From NCBI GenBank assembly GCA_910578325.1, contig CAJTQT010000004.1:60581-124580 (forward strand): a stretch of DNA of 64,000 nt, written 5' to 3'. The position numbers and the translations under genes were made by a program. Source of the DNA: an uncultured Christensenella sp. Lineage in GTDB: Bacteria; Bacillota; Clostridia; Christensenellales; CAG-917. The notes under the pieces were generated by a model. The model saw only the letters and a list, made by a program, of their open reading frames with translations, did no database searches and had not been told where the DNA came from. Shown in pieces: positions 37,767-48,089 of this stretch. Position 1 is the first letter of the stretch. Each line of letters opens with the position of its first letter.

Positions 37767-37894
37767 TAGAATTTGAAAATTCGCAGAAATTCTTATTTCC
37801 TATATTAAAATTCCGTCTATGCGCATAATTTTCCGCGTCCCGCCCCTGTCTACTCCGGACAGTCCGAAAATAAAATTCCTAATTAAAACTCATA

Positions 37895-37921
37895 TCAAAA
37901 AGCGGCGGAAATTCCGCCGCC
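37895..37921 (-). terminator. rho-independent terminator downstream of clpC
   Basis: GCGGCGGAA a TTCCGCCGC followed by TTTTTG on the minus strand. Confidence 0.7.
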
Positions 37922-37927
37922 TTACAA

Positions 37928-40468
37928 TTATCTTTTCTCGAACGACAATCCCTCCGAAGACGCGCCGATCAGTATTTTGTCGCCGTCGCCGAATTCGCCC
38001 AGAATGAGTTTCTCGCTCAGTTTGTCTTCCACCAGTCGCTGTAACGTGCGTCTCAGCGGACGCGCTCCGTATTCGGGGTCATAACCCGCATTGACGATAT
38101 AATTCTTTGCATCGGAAGTTATTTCCAGCCCCATACCCCTGTCATCGAGCCGTTTTGCAAGCGAAGCGAACAGCAAGTCGGAAATTTTGACAAGGCTTTC
38201 CTTGCTCAACTTTTCGAATACGACGATTTCGTCTATGCGGTTGATTATTTCCGGTTTCATATAGTTTTTCAGAGTCTGTATATGGCTTTCGCGCACTCTT
38301 TCCTCGTCGTTTTCCGCGCCGCTCTCGCCGCTGAATCCGACGCTTATGTGAACTTCGGAAGCCTCTTTGACGCCTATATTCGACGTAAGAATCACCACCG
38401 TATTTTTAAAACTGACTGTTCTTCCGTGGCTGTCGGTCAGTATTCCGTCTTCAAGTATCTGCAAAAGAAGATTGAATATATCGGGATGTCCCTTTTCTAT
38501 TTCGTCGAACAATACCACCGAATACGGTTTTCTGCGCACCTTTTCGGTGAGTTGACCGCCCTCTTCGAAGCCTACAAGCCCCGGAGCGGAACCTATGAGA
38601 CGGGACACGCTTTCTTTTTCCATATATTCGGACATATCCACTCTAATAAGCATATCGTCATCGCCGAACAGCGCTCCCGCAAGTGCCTTTGCCAGTTCCG
38701 TTTTACCTACTCCGGTAGGACCTAGGAAAATAAACGAGCCTATGGGGCGTTTTGGGTCTTTCAGCCCCGCTCTTGCGCGTTTAACCGCTCTTGCAACCGC
38801 TCCGCAAGCCGCGTCCTGTCCTATTACGCGAGATCTAAGAGTCTGTTCGAGCATAGCCAGTTTTTCACTTTCGCCGCCCGATATCTTGCTCACGGGAATG
38901 CCCGTCCAGTCTCCTACGACCTCCGCAATCTCGTCCTCTCCGACTGATAAAGTAAAGTTTGCGCGTCTTTCGTTCCATTCCTTTTCAGCGCGGTCTTTCT
39001 GCTCGGCATACTCGTCGCGCAGGGCTTTGAGTTTGGCGCATTTTTCGAAATTCTCTTTGCGTGTCGCCTCGCCCAGTTCGAACTCCACCTGTTTGACTTT
39101 CGATTCCAGATCGCGCAACTCCTGCGGGGTCGTGAAGGTAAACATCTTCTTTCTCGACGCCGCTTCGTCTATCAGGTCCACCGCTTTATCGGGCAGGAAT
39201 CTGTCCGTAATGTATCTGTCGGACAAAATTACCGCTGCGGAAATCGCCTCGTCGGTTATGGTTACTCCATGATGGGCTTCATATTTTTTGCGAAGTCCCT
39301 GCAATATTTCGATTGCTTCGCTCGGTAGCGGTTCCTCGACAAGAACAGGCTGAAATCGGCGTTCTAACGCGCTATCCTGCTCAAACTGTTTTCTGAATTC
39401 TTCCAAAGTTGTCGCGCCTATCGTCTGCAATTCGCCTCTTGCAAGCATAGGTTTGAGTATATTCGCAACGTCGAGACCGCCCTCGCTCGAACCCGCTTTG
39501 AGAATCGTGTGGATTTCATCAATAAACAGTATTACGTTCCCTCTCTGCTTTATTCCGTTGAGCGTTGCTTTAAGTCTTTCCTCGAAATCGCCGCGATATC
39601 TCGTTCCTGCTACAAGCGACGTCAAATCAAGGGAAAATACAATTTTGTCTTTGAGTTCCAGAGGCACGTCTCCCGCAGATATCGCCTGCGCGAGTCCCTC
39701 TATAACCGCTGATTTACCAACACCCGGCTCCCCTATTAGAACAGGATTGTTTTTGGTTCTGCGACAGAGAACCTGTATAACCCTTTCCGTCTCCTTTCCT
39801 CTGCCTATAACGGGATCAAGTTTTCCGTCCTTAGCCTTTTGAGTCAGATCCACCCCGTATTTAAACAAATCGAAATCGCTCTCTTCTTTGCGGGATTGAA
39901 CAGACGTTTGCTGTTCGGCCGACGGCTGTACGTTCGGTCGTCCATAGGATATGCCGCCGAGCATATCGCGTGATGCGCCTATGCTTCGGCTCGCCGCGGG
40001 AATGTAACCGCTACTCTGCTCTTCCGCGCCCGCAGCGCACATAACCGGACGGTTTCCGCTTCCGCTTATAATAGCATTGTACGTCAATCTTTGTAAGTGT
40101 TCGGGGTCGACGCCCACTTCTCTGATTATATCGCAGGCGACCGACGTCATTTCATCTAAAACGGTATATAGAATATGTTCGGGTTCAACCGTCAGCATTC
40201 CGAGCCTGAATGCAACGTCTTTTGCATTTTCAAACGCTCTGCCCGCTCTGGGCGACATCTGTACGTTAGTGCAAAGAGGTCTTCCCTCGAACAACGAGAG
40301 CATATTGTCCTCGTACAGCCCGCATTTGCCCAGCAACCTTTGGGCTACGGAACCGTCGGCGCAGACAAGCCCGTACAACAGATGTTCGGTGCAAATCAGA
40401 CCTCCCGTTCTCATAGCGAGGTTGCTTGCAATATTCAGCACACCTTTTGACATTTCCGAATATACCAT
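37928..40468 (-). CDS. clpC: ATP-dependent Clp protease ATP-binding subunit ClpC
   Basis: Clp N-repeat domain, two AAA+ modules (GEPGVGKSA; GPTGVGKTE), a UVR-like middle domain and a VGF ClpP-docking loop. The ATG overlaps the mcsB stop (TAATG). Confidence 0.95.
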   Translation of the reverse strand: MVYSEMSKGVLNIASNLAMRTGGLICTEHLLYGLVCADGSVAQRLLGKCGLYEDNMLSLFEGRPLCTNVQMSPRAGRAFENAKDVAFRLGMLTVEPEHILYTVLDEMTSVACDIIREVGVDPEHLQRLTYNAIISGSGNRPVMCAAGAEEQSSGYIPAASRSIGASRDMLGGISYGRPNVQPSAEQQTSVQSRKEESDFDLFKYGVDLTQKAKDGKLDPVIGRGKETERVIQVLCRRTKNNPVLIGEPGVGKSAVIEGLAQAISAGDVPLELKDKIVFSLDLTSLVAGTRYRGDFEERLKATLNGIKQRGNVILFIDEIHTILKAGSSEGGLDVANILKPMLARGELQTIGATTLEEFRKQFEQDSALERRFQPVLVEEPLPSEAIEILQGLRKKYEAHHGVTITDEAISAAVILSDRYITDRFLPDKAVDLIDEAASRKKMFTFTTPQELRDLESKVKQVEFELGEATRKENFEKCAKLKALRDEYAEQKDRAEKEWNERRANFTLSVGEDEIAEVVGDWTGIPVSKISGGESEKLAMLEQTLRSRVIGQDAACGAVARAVKRARAGLKDPKRPIGSFIFLGPTGVGKTELAKALAGALFGDDDMLIRVDMSEYMEKESVSRLIGSAPGLVGFEEGGQLTEKVRRKPYSVVLFDEIEKGHPDIFNLLLQILEDGILTDSHGRTVSFKNTVVILTSNIGVKEASEVHISVGFSGESGAENDEERVRESHIQTLKNYMKPEIINRIDEIVVFEKLSKESLVKISDLLFASLAKRLDDRGMGLEITSDAKNYIVNAGYDPEYGARPLRRTLQRLVEDKLSEKLILGEFGDGDKILIGASSEGLSFEKR

Positions 40469-41865
40469 TATTTTGCCTCCGCGAGAGTATCCCGTACGAT
40501 TTGAGCGCGCTGTCTGTTACGCTCGTCTTCGGACGAACCCTCGTTTATAATCTCTATCGACGACGAGCACTGTTCTATAATGCTGTTCAGCAAAGCCGTG
40601 CTCTTTACGGGCAATACGCCCAGAATTACGCCTATTTTGACGTCTACAAGTAGTTTCATAAGTTCCTGAGCGGTGAGCGCATACGCGCTTGTGAGCACTC
40701 CGTAACTTCGGAATATTCCGTCTATAAGCGAGGTTTTACGTTCACGCACCAACTTTTCGAGCGCAATGCGCTCGAAATAACAAAGCCTTACGGCGGCTTC
40801 TTCCACACTCCGCACAGTTTCCGTTTCGTTTACGCCGAAAGTGCGAGAATTAGATATCTGATACATATCGTACGCATACTCGCTGCCCTCTCCGAAAAAC
40901 CCCCTGACCGTCAAACCGTACGCGTTCTTAAAAGTTCTGAGCGCGTCGTCTATCGCTCCCGTTCTCCGCAAAGCGGGAAGAAAAAGCATCTCCGAAGCCC
41001 GCATTCCCGTCCCGACGTTGGTAGGACACGCCGTCAGAAATCCGAATTGCGAATCATACGCGACGGGCAATCTTTCGCACAGTCTTACGTCGTAGGCGTG
41101 CAAACGCACATATGCTTCCGGCAGGCTGTGACCGTCGGCGACGCACTGCTCTCTTATATGGTCCTCTTCGTTTACCATTACAGACATCTGCGGTCGGTTG
41201 CCTTTTTCGAGAATCAACGCGCCGTTTTCGCCGTTATTTGCCAGTGACAGTGAAATAAAATGCCTTTCGACAAGCACTTTCTTCTGATTTTTAGACAACC
41301 CCGACATCGGAAACACCTGCCCGTCGAATACGCCCTTACAGGCATCTGTCGCGCCGTTTATAATTTCCACCGTTCGGGAATCCACGCCTCTCATAAGATG
41401 CGGAAATACAGTTGCTTCGACGTTGCGCGCAAGCCTTATTCTCGACGAAACTACGTTGTCGCGCACCAAATCGTCTACTCCGCATATATCCGCGCTTTTG
41501 AAACCGACTGCTCCGTCGCTTTCTTTTTTTATGCCGAATTTGCCGTCTTCCGCAATGCGAACCGCGGAATTTCCCTGAGCGCGCGCCGTAACGTCCAGCG
41601 CGACGCGTCTCATCTCCCGATAGCAGTCGGGACATCCAAACAGAAAACTCTCTTTAAAAGCCTCTTCCGTATATCCGCAACTTCCGCATTCTCTTCCCCT
41701 GCGGGCAAGGTGCTTTTCCGCCAGTTCCCGAGGTTCGGTTCCGCTTTTGAGCGCGCGTTTATAACACGCCTCGCAGTAGGCGTATTCCACCGTTCTCCCG
41801 TTTTCCACAATACGGTCGACAAGCGTTCCTGCACGCCTGCCGCAGATATCGCACGTCTTTTGCAT
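40468..41865 (-). CDS. mcsB: fused McsA-like zinc-finger module + protein-arginine kinase McsB
   Basis: Residues 1-90 carry four CxxC pairs (CDIC, CEAC, CGSC, CPDC). The remainder has guanidino-kinase motifs SSRIRLARN, NEEDHIREQ and CPTNVGTGMRAS. Confidence 0.85.
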   Translation of the reverse strand: MQKTCDICGRRAGTLVDRIVENGRTVEYAYCEACYKRALKSGTEPRELAEKHLARRGRECGSCGYTEEAFKESFLFGCPDCYREMRRVALDVTARAQGNSAVRIAEDGKFGIKKESDGAVGFKSADICGVDDLVRDNVVSSRIRLARNVEATVFPHLMRGVDSRTVEIINGATDACKGVFDGQVFPMSGLSKNQKKVLVERHFISLSLANNGENGALILEKGNRPQMSVMVNEEDHIREQCVADGHSLPEAYVRLHAYDVRLCERLPVAYDSQFGFLTACPTNVGTGMRASEMLFLPALRRTGAIDDALRTFKNAYGLTVRGFFGEGSEYAYDMYQISNSRTFGVNETETVRSVEEAAVRLCYFERIALEKLVRERKTSLIDGIFRSYGVLTSAYALTAQELMKLLVDVKIGVILGVLPVKSTALLNSIIEQCSSSIEIINEGSSEDERNRQRAQIVRDTLAEAK

Positions 41866-41914
41866 ATCGAAAATTTCCGTTTACGAGCGGCAAATCAAAA
41901 ATCAGATTCGACCG

Positions 41915-42778
41915 TCATTTGATATTATCCAAATATTTTCTGAAACCGTCTCCCAACTTTCCGTCGCGGAGCGAATATTCTACGACCGCTTCGAGATAAC
42001 CTTCCTTATTCCCTACGTCGTATCTTCTGCCCTCGAACTCGCAGGCGTAAACGTCGCCGCGCTCTGCCAGAATACAGATTGCGTCCGTCAGATACACCTC
42101 TCCGTCGGTGACTTTTGCGCGGTCTATGGCGTCGAATATTTCAGGCGCAAGTATAAACCGTCCCAGCGATACGAGATTGCTCGGCAGTTCGCCTTTCGGT
42201 TTTTCCTCTATTCCGCTTATTCTTGTAAGTTTATCGCAGGTCTTCTCGCTCGCGATCATAACGCCGCACCTGCGGGCTATATCTTCGGAAGTACGCTGAC
42301 AGCCGACAATACTCGCGCCGCCCGTAGCCTTATAAGCGTTTATAAGTTGCTTTGTGACGGGACTGTCCTCTCCCGTATATACGACGTCGTCTCCGAACAT
42401 AACCGCGACGGGCTCTCCGCCGGCAAATCTCTTGCCAAGCCTTACAGCCATACCGTTGCCGTTCATCTTGCGCTGAACGGCAAAACTGACGCTTACGCCG
42501 TACTGCTCGTTTGCAAGCGCGAAAGATTCCCTGTCTCCGCGTTTGAGCAACAACGAATTGAGCGATCTGTTGGGTTTAAAAAGTTTTTTTATCTGTTTCT
42601 TTTGCGGCGAAATTATTACGAGAACTTCCTCTATACCCGAATCCGCCGCCTCTTTGATGATATGTGAAAGCGCGGGAACGTCGGCAATAGGCAACAATTC
42701 TTTGGGCATAACCTTAGTAATAGGCAAAAATCTCGTGCCGAATCCGGCGCACGGAATAATCGCTTTTCTTACAGTCAT
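41915..42778 (-). CDS. galU: UTP--glucose-1-phosphate uridylyltransferase
   Basis: KAIIPCAGFGTRFLPITKVMPKELLP and VEKP-like EEKP. ATG 42778 with SD GGGAGGAAG (the track start is TTG at 42796). Confidence 0.9.
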   Translation of the reverse strand: MTVRKAIIPCAGFGTRFLPITKVMPKELLPIADVPALSHIIKEAADSGIEEVLVIISPQKKQIKKLFKPNRSLNSLLLKRGDRESFALANEQYGVSVSFAVQRKMNGNGMAVRLGKRFAGGEPVAVMFGDDVVYTGEDSPVTKQLINAYKATGGASIVGCQRTSEDIARRCGVMIASEKTCDKLTRISGIEEKPKGELPSNLVSLGRFILAPEIFDAIDRAKVTDGEVYLTDAICILAERGDVYACEFEGRRYDVGNKEGYLEAVVEYSLRDGKLGDGFRKYLDNIK

Positions 42779-42884
42779 TCTTCCTCCCTGGTGCAACTCG
42801 GAATACCGTAGCCGCCGTATATTTTATGCAAGATGCGGCAGTTTCGGTACGTGTTTTCGTTTACAGTGTTATAAAAGACGGAAT

Positions 42885-43874
42885 TCAGTCTTTATCATAA
42901 CCGTTCTTGTGAGAGGAATGCCACTTCCACGCAGACGAAATTATGCTTTCGAGGCTGTCGTACTGCGGCTTCCAGCCCAATTCCCTCTTTATCTTCTCGC
43001 TGGACGCGACAAGCGTAGCGGGATCCCCCGCGCGGCGCGGCTCGATTGCACGCTTAATACTAAGTCCCGTGACCTTCTCCGTCATATCTATGACTTCTTT
43101 AACGCTGAATCCGTTGCCGTTGCCGAGGTTGTAATGCGTGGACTTTCCGCCCTGTTTAAGATAATCAAGCGCGCGGATGTGCGCGTCGGCAAGGTCGGTT
43201 ATATGAATATAATCTCTCACGCAGGTGCCGTCGGGAGTAGGATAATCTTCGCCGAATATGCCTATATGGTCGCGCTTTCCGTTTGCCACTTGCAGGATAA
43301 TCGGAATCAGATGCGATTCGGGATTGTGCGCCTCTCCTATCTCTCCGCTACGGTGTGCTCCCGCCGCATTGAAATACCTGAGCGCAACGTATTTGAGACC
43401 GTACGCTTTGTCGTAATCCTGCATAAACTGCTCCATCATAAGTTTGGTCTGTCCGTATACGCTCGTAGGGTTCTGAGGGCTGTCCTCGGTGATAAGACCG
43501 TTTCCGCAGTCGCCGTAAGTTGCGGCGGAAGAGGAAAACACGAGATAGCCGACCTTTTCGGCAATCATAGCGTCAAGCAACGCGAGCGTACCCGCAACGT
43601 TGTTGTGATAGTACTTTGCGGGATTCGACATACTCTCGCCGACAAGCGAATACGCGGCGAAATGTATGACGGAATCCACTCCGTACTTCCTGAACGTCTG
43701 CCTGAGAAGTTCGACGTCGAATATATCGCCTTTTACAAAAGGAACTCCGTTCGGCACGGATTCTATGTGTCCCGTTACGAGATTGTCGTAGACGACCACA
43801 TCCATACCGCGTTCCTGAAGTTCTCTGACACAATGCGAGCCTATATAACCCGCTCCGCCCGTGACCAAAATCAT
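42885..43874 (-). CDS. galE: UDP-glucose 4-epimerase
   Basis: MILVTGGAGYIGSH, YGQTK and DGTCVRDYIH. SD GAGGAG precedes ATG 43874. Confidence 0.93.
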   Translation of the reverse strand: MILVTGGAGYIGSHCVRELQERGMDVVVYDNLVTGHIESVPNGVPFVKGDIFDVELLRQTFRKYGVDSVIHFAAYSLVGESMSNPAKYYHNNVAGTLALLDAMIAEKVGYLVFSSSAATYGDCGNGLITEDSPQNPTSVYGQTKLMMEQFMQDYDKAYGLKYVALRYFNAAGAHRSGEIGEAHNPESHLIPIILQVANGKRDHIGIFGEDYPTPDGTCVRDYIHITDLADAHIRALDYLKQGGKSTHYNLGNGNGFSVKEVIDMTEKVTGLSIKRAIEPRRAGDPATLVASSEKIKRELGWKPQYDSLESIISSAWKWHSSHKNGYDKD

Positions 43875-43968
43875 AATATACTCCTCGCGCAAGATTCCGC
43901 ATACCTATGCCGAAAACCGTAAGTCTTCACGCATACGCACGCCGCGCTTGCGCACATAATTAAACTCT

Positions 43969-45264
43969 ATGAAACATTATATACTTGAACCCGTTGTTTT
44001 GCAAGCCAAAAATGTGTATACTATATGCGTGGACAAAACAATTTTACATTGCGACCTGAACAACTTCTACGCCTCAGTAGAACAGAAACTGCATCCCGAA
44101 TACGACGGGCTGCCGCTTGCCGTTTGCGGAAATCCGCAAATGCGCCACGGAATCGTTCTCGCAAAAAATCAACTCGCAAAACAGGCGGGCGTTCAGACAG
44201 GCGAAGCAATCTGGATATCCAAACAGAAATGTCCGAATATAGTCTTCGTGCCTCCGCACTACAATGAGTATGTCCGAATTTCCAAACAAGTATTTTCAAT
44301 ATATCAGTCTTTTACGGACAGAGTGGAAAGTTTCGGAATAGACGAATGCTGGCTTGACGTTACGGAATCGAAAAACCTATTCGGCGACGGCAAAACCATA
44401 GCGGACGAACTGCGCGAACGCGTCAAAAGAGAAACGGGGCTTACTATATCCGTGGGAGTGTCGTTCACAAAGACGCTTGCAAAACTCGGAAGCGACCTCA
44501 AAAAACCTGACGCAACCACCGTGCTCGACAGACAAACGTATATGGACAGGATAGGAGATATGTCTCCCGCCGAACTCATTATGATAGGAGGCAGAACCGC
44601 TAAAAAACTCGAATCTCTGAATATACGCACTATACGTCAACTTGCTTCCGCCGACAGACAACTGCTGAAATACCACTTCGGCATTATAGCCGACAATATG
44701 GTAAACGCAGCCGCGGGCATAGAGACCGACACGGTGAAAAAGTACTATGAAACCCGCATACCCAAAAGCGTGTCAAACGGAACAACGACTCCCCGCGATA
44801 TTAAGGACGAGGACGAGGCAAAAATAGTCGTATACGCGCTTTCGGAATTAGTTGCAACCAGATTGCGGCAGTTCGACCTTATGGCGCAAGGCATATCCCT
44901 GTCAATAAAAGACCCCGAACTTCGATGGGTATCAAGACAGACTACCCTCGATTTTGCTACTTCAAACGCTACCGATATAGCCGAAAAAGCAATGTCGTTA
45001 CTGAAAAAAATACACAGATTCGACCAACCCCTGCGCGCAATAACCGTGGGCGCGATAAGGCTATGCCAAAAGGCGGAAATTCAATTGAGCCTCTTCGACA
45101 GCCCGGACGATAAAGAAACGAAACTTGAAGAAAGCATTGACAGGATAAGAGAAAAGTACGGCTATAACGCCGTCAAGCGCGGGCTTCTTTTAGACGATAC
45201 GCTTACGGGAAGTCTTCACGAAGACGACGATTTCCGCCCCTTCCATCAGTCCAAAACTACCTGA
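43969..45264 (+). CDS. dinB: Y-family DNA polymerase IV
   Basis: ILHCDLNNFYASVEQ, SIDECWLDVT and SVGVSFTK. The true start may be an in-frame GTG about 20 codons downstream. Confidence 0.9.
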   Translation: MKHYILEPVVLQAKNVYTICVDKTILHCDLNNFYASVEQKLHPEYDGLPLAVCGNPQMRHGIVLAKNQLAKQAGVQTGEAIWISKQKCPNIVFVPPHYNEYVRISKQVFSIYQSFTDRVESFGIDECWLDVTESKNLFGDGKTIADELRERVKRETGLTISVGVSFTKTLAKLGSDLKKPDATTVLDRQTYMDRIGDMSPAELIMIGGRTAKKLESLNIRTIRQLASADRQLLKYHFGIIADNMVNAAAGIETDTVKKYYETRIPKSVSNGTTTPRDIKDEDEAKIVVYALSELVATRLRQFDLMAQGISLSIKDPELRWVSRQTTLDFATSNATDIAEKAMSLLKKIHRFDQPLRAITVGAIRLCQKAEIQLSLFDSPDDKETKLEESIDRIREKYGYNAVKRGLLLDDTLTGSLHEDDDFRPFHQSKTT

Positions 45265-45713
45265 ATTCCCCTAACAGATTTTTACTTGCAATTTCGATGC
45301 GAAAGCCAAAACACGTTTAATATACCGCTCAAAAACGGCAAAGGCCGTCAAAAATGCGGTTTTGGAACACGTATAGTGTTTGCACAATTCGTGTTTCAAT
45401 ATACTTCCCGTGTTAAAACGCATATAACTCTCAGATTTTCCACTATATATGTGCCATCATGTATCAAACCGACACTAAACGCCAAAAACTCGGAGAATTG
45501 TAAAACACCGTTCGTGTTTTAGGCAGATAGATCCTTATTTGTACACCTTTACACATTCTCGCCTTATCCGACAATCGCTACGTAATAATTGTATTCTTGT
45601 TTACATAATATAAATTATTTGATATTCTTAAAATATAAGAGCGGAACAACAACTCCGCAAGCAGTAAAAACGAAAAACAAAGCGCGCAAAGACGCAGGAT
45701 AACATAAAGATTT

Positions 45714-47498
45714 ATGGCATATTCAATACTATCGGCTCAAAGTGTAAACGCGACTATGATAGCCACTTCCATTCTCACCCTGATTGCAGGTATCGGCGTA
45801 TTTCTCATTGCCTGCAAAATGATGAGCAGCAATCTTGAATCCCTCAGTTCGAATAAACTTAAAGCCCTTTTCGCAAAGACTTCAAAAAGCAAACTTATAG
45901 GCGTCGGCATAGGCACAGTAGCAACTGCGGCGATTCAGAGTTCGGGCGCAACGACCGTTATGGTCATAGGCTTTGTAAACGCGGGCATTATGTCGCTTAT
46001 GCAGGCGGCGACGATTATCTTCGGCGCAAACATAGGAACTACGGTGACGGGACAGATTGTCGCGCTGGGACTTTTCGGCTCCAACTCAATATCGGCAACG
46101 GTCATATTCTCCGCATTTGCGGGCATAGGCGCATGCATAATGCTTTTCGGCAAAAAGGACATCCTGCAAAAGACGGGAGGCATACTTGCGGGCTTCGGTA
46201 TGCTTTTCGTCGCGCTGAATCTTATGAGCGGCGCAATGGAAGAGTTTGCAATGCTTGACGGCGTTAAACATTTCTTAGCCTCGATTTCAAATCCGTTGCT
46301 GCTTGTATTGATAGGCGCGTTGCTGACGGCGGTTATACAGAGTTCGTCGGTTATGACTTCACTTGCAATCACAATGGTATTCACAGGACTCATAAACCTC
46401 GATCAAGGTATATATCTTACGCTCGGTTCAAACATAGGTTCCTGCGTTGTCGCGCTCATCGCGGGCATAGGAAGCAGTACGAACGCAAAGCGTACCGCAA
46501 TCATACACCTTATATTCAATATTTCCGGCGTAGTTGTATTTATGATTGTGGGACTGATTATGAGGCTCGCGTCAAAAGGCGCAATTACGTTCGGATATCT
46601 GTTTGAGAAGATGTTCCCCAACGCGTTGAACACACAGATGGCAATGTTCCACACTATTTTCAACGTATTTACGGTCATACTCATTCTTCCTCTCACAAAC
46701 GCGCTTGTTAAACTCGTTACTAAAATAATTCCCGAGAAGAAGACGGAAGATGATAAAAACGCGCCACGCATGCACTATATAGACGAACATTTGCTCTCCA
46801 CCCCGCCTATCGCGGTTCAGCAGACCAAAAACGAAATCGTGAATATGGCAGAAACCGCAATGAGCAACTTTACTCTGTCCTGCGACATAGTCTGCACAAT
46901 GGATTTTTCCGAAATAGAAACCTTCCGACGTAACGAAAACCAACTGGATTATCTGAATAAAGACCTTGTCAGATTCATTATCAAACTTTCAAAACTCGAA
47001 ATGAGCGACGACGACCGTATGTATCTCACGTCCGCCCTGCATACCATAACCGACCTTGAACGCATCGGCGATTATGCGGAGAATATCATCGAATACGCCG
47101 AGAAACTCAGCGCGGCGGGCGAAAAGTTTTCCGACGACGCAATCGAAGAAATTCGCCATATGCAGTCGTTGATAGAGGAACTCTACCGTAAAGTTATGAA
47201 AGCATACGTAAACAGGGATATGGCGTCTTTCAGAGAAGCGAACGCCATAGAAGAAAAAATCGACGACTACACCGATATTATGGCAGAAAACCACATTCGC
47301 AGAATAGACGAAGGGATTTGCACGTCGGAAACAGGAGCGCAGTATATGTCGCTCGCGTCGAACGCGGAACGAGTCGCGGACCACTTTATAAACGTAGCCA
47401 AAACCATACGCGACTACCGTTATAACAGACGCTCGGCAAACACGCGTGCAAACGCAAATACAAAACGCAATAAAAATGAAAACAAGGACAAAAGGTAA
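45714..47498 (+). CDS. Na/Pi-cotransporter family protein with C-terminal PhoU-like domain
   Basis: Duplicated QSSSATT/QSSSVMT motifs in a multi-TM N-half, and PhoU-type helices (ERIGDYAENI, ERVADHFINV) in the C-half. Confidence 0.9.
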   Translation: MAYSILSAQSVNATMIATSILTLIAGIGVFLIACKMMSSNLESLSSNKLKALFAKTSKSKLIGVGIGTVATAAIQSSGATTVMVIGFVNAGIMSLMQAATIIFGANIGTTVTGQIVALGLFGSNSISATVIFSAFAGIGACIMLFGKKDILQKTGGILAGFGMLFVALNLMSGAMEEFAMLDGVKHFLASISNPLLLVLIGALLTAVIQSSSVMTSLAITMVFTGLINLDQGIYLTLGSNIGSCVVALIAGIGSSTNAKRTAIIHLIFNISGVVVFMIVGLIMRLASKGAITFGYLFEKMFPNALNTQMAMFHTIFNVFTVILILPLTNALVKLVTKIIPEKKTEDDKNAPRMHYIDEHLLSTPPIAVQQTKNEIVNMAETAMSNFTLSCDIVCTMDFSEIETFRRNENQLDYLNKDLVRFIIKLSKLEMSDDDRMYLTSALHTITDLERIGDYAENIIEYAEKLSAAGEKFSDDAIEEIRHMQSLIEELYRKVMKAYVNRDMASFREANAIEEKIDDYTDIMAENHIRRIDEGICTSETGAQYMSLASNAERVADHFINVAKTIRDYRYNRRSANTRANANTKRNKNENKDKR

Positions 47499-47503
47499 AC
47501 ACT

Positions 47504-48088
47504 ATGAAACTCGCAATCGCAACCAACAATAAACACAAACTTACCGAAATCCGCGCAATCCTCGACGGATGCTTTGACGAACTTCTATCACTCGGAGATT
47601 TAGGCATAGATGTTGACATCGAAGAAACAGGCGCCACACTGGAAGAAAACGCGCTTATCAAAGCAAGAGAGATCGTCAGACTTACAAATATGCCCGCTCT
47701 CGCGGACGATACCGGACTTATGGTAAACGCACTGCACGGCGCACCGGGGGTGTATTCGGCGCGTTATGCGGGAATAGAACACGACGACAAAGCCAACCGC
47801 GACCTGCTTTTGAAAAATCTCAGCGGCGAGTCCGACCGCTCCGCCTACTTCGGCACCTGCATAGCAGTATGCTATCCCGACGGCAAATATCTGATTGCAC
47901 AGGGCAAGGTCGAGGGCGAAATCACCCGTGAAGAGCGCGGCGAAGGCGGATTCGGCTACGACTGCCTGTTCTATTCGCCCGAACTCGGCAAGACGCTTGC
48001 TCAGGCTACTCCCGAAGAAAAAAACTCCGTAAGCCACAGAGGCCGCGCACTGCGCGCTATGCTCAAAATACTTCAAGAACAGGACTGA
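47504..48088 (+). CDS. rdgB: dITP/XTP pyrophosphatase (RdgB/Ham1 family)
   Basis: ATNNKHK..E, EETG.T..ENA..KA, DDTGL, GFGYD and SHRG. Confidence 0.9.
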   Translation: MKLAIATNNKHKLTEIRAILDGCFDELLSLGDLGIDVDIEETGATLEENALIKAREIVRLTNMPALADDTGLMVNALHGAPGVYSARYAGIEHDDKANRDLLLKNLSGESDRSAYFGTCIAVCYPDGKYLIAQGKVEGEITREERGEGGFGYDCLFYSPELGKTLAQATPEEKNSVSHRGRALRAMLKILQEQD

Positions 48089-48089
48089 T

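Noticed and set aside
41866-41914. CtsR operator (tandem GGTCAAA) upstream of mcsAB-clpC
   Set aside because: Only a single imperfect half-site (GGTCGAA) is present and there is no direct repeat, so no operator call can be made.
42543-43922. 459-aa plus-strand ORF spanning galU/galE
   Set aside because: It is an antisense shadow, phase-aligned with galE. It crosses an intergenic region without start signals.
43986-43997. LexA/Cheo-box-like sequence GAACCCGTTGTT near the dinB start
   Set aside because: It has two mismatches to GAAC-N4-GTTC and lies inside the longest ORF. No comparable box was seen upstream of recA or ruvA, which is insufficient support.
45271-45522. Small ORFs in the dinB / Na-Pi spacer: 78 aa on plus (45286..45522) and a roughly 50-aa minus-strand ORF (45271..45423)
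   Set aside because: Neither has a convincing SD. They run through hairpins and repeat motifs, and their composition is typical of non-coding AT-rich DNA. They are kept only as context for the repeat-motif finding.
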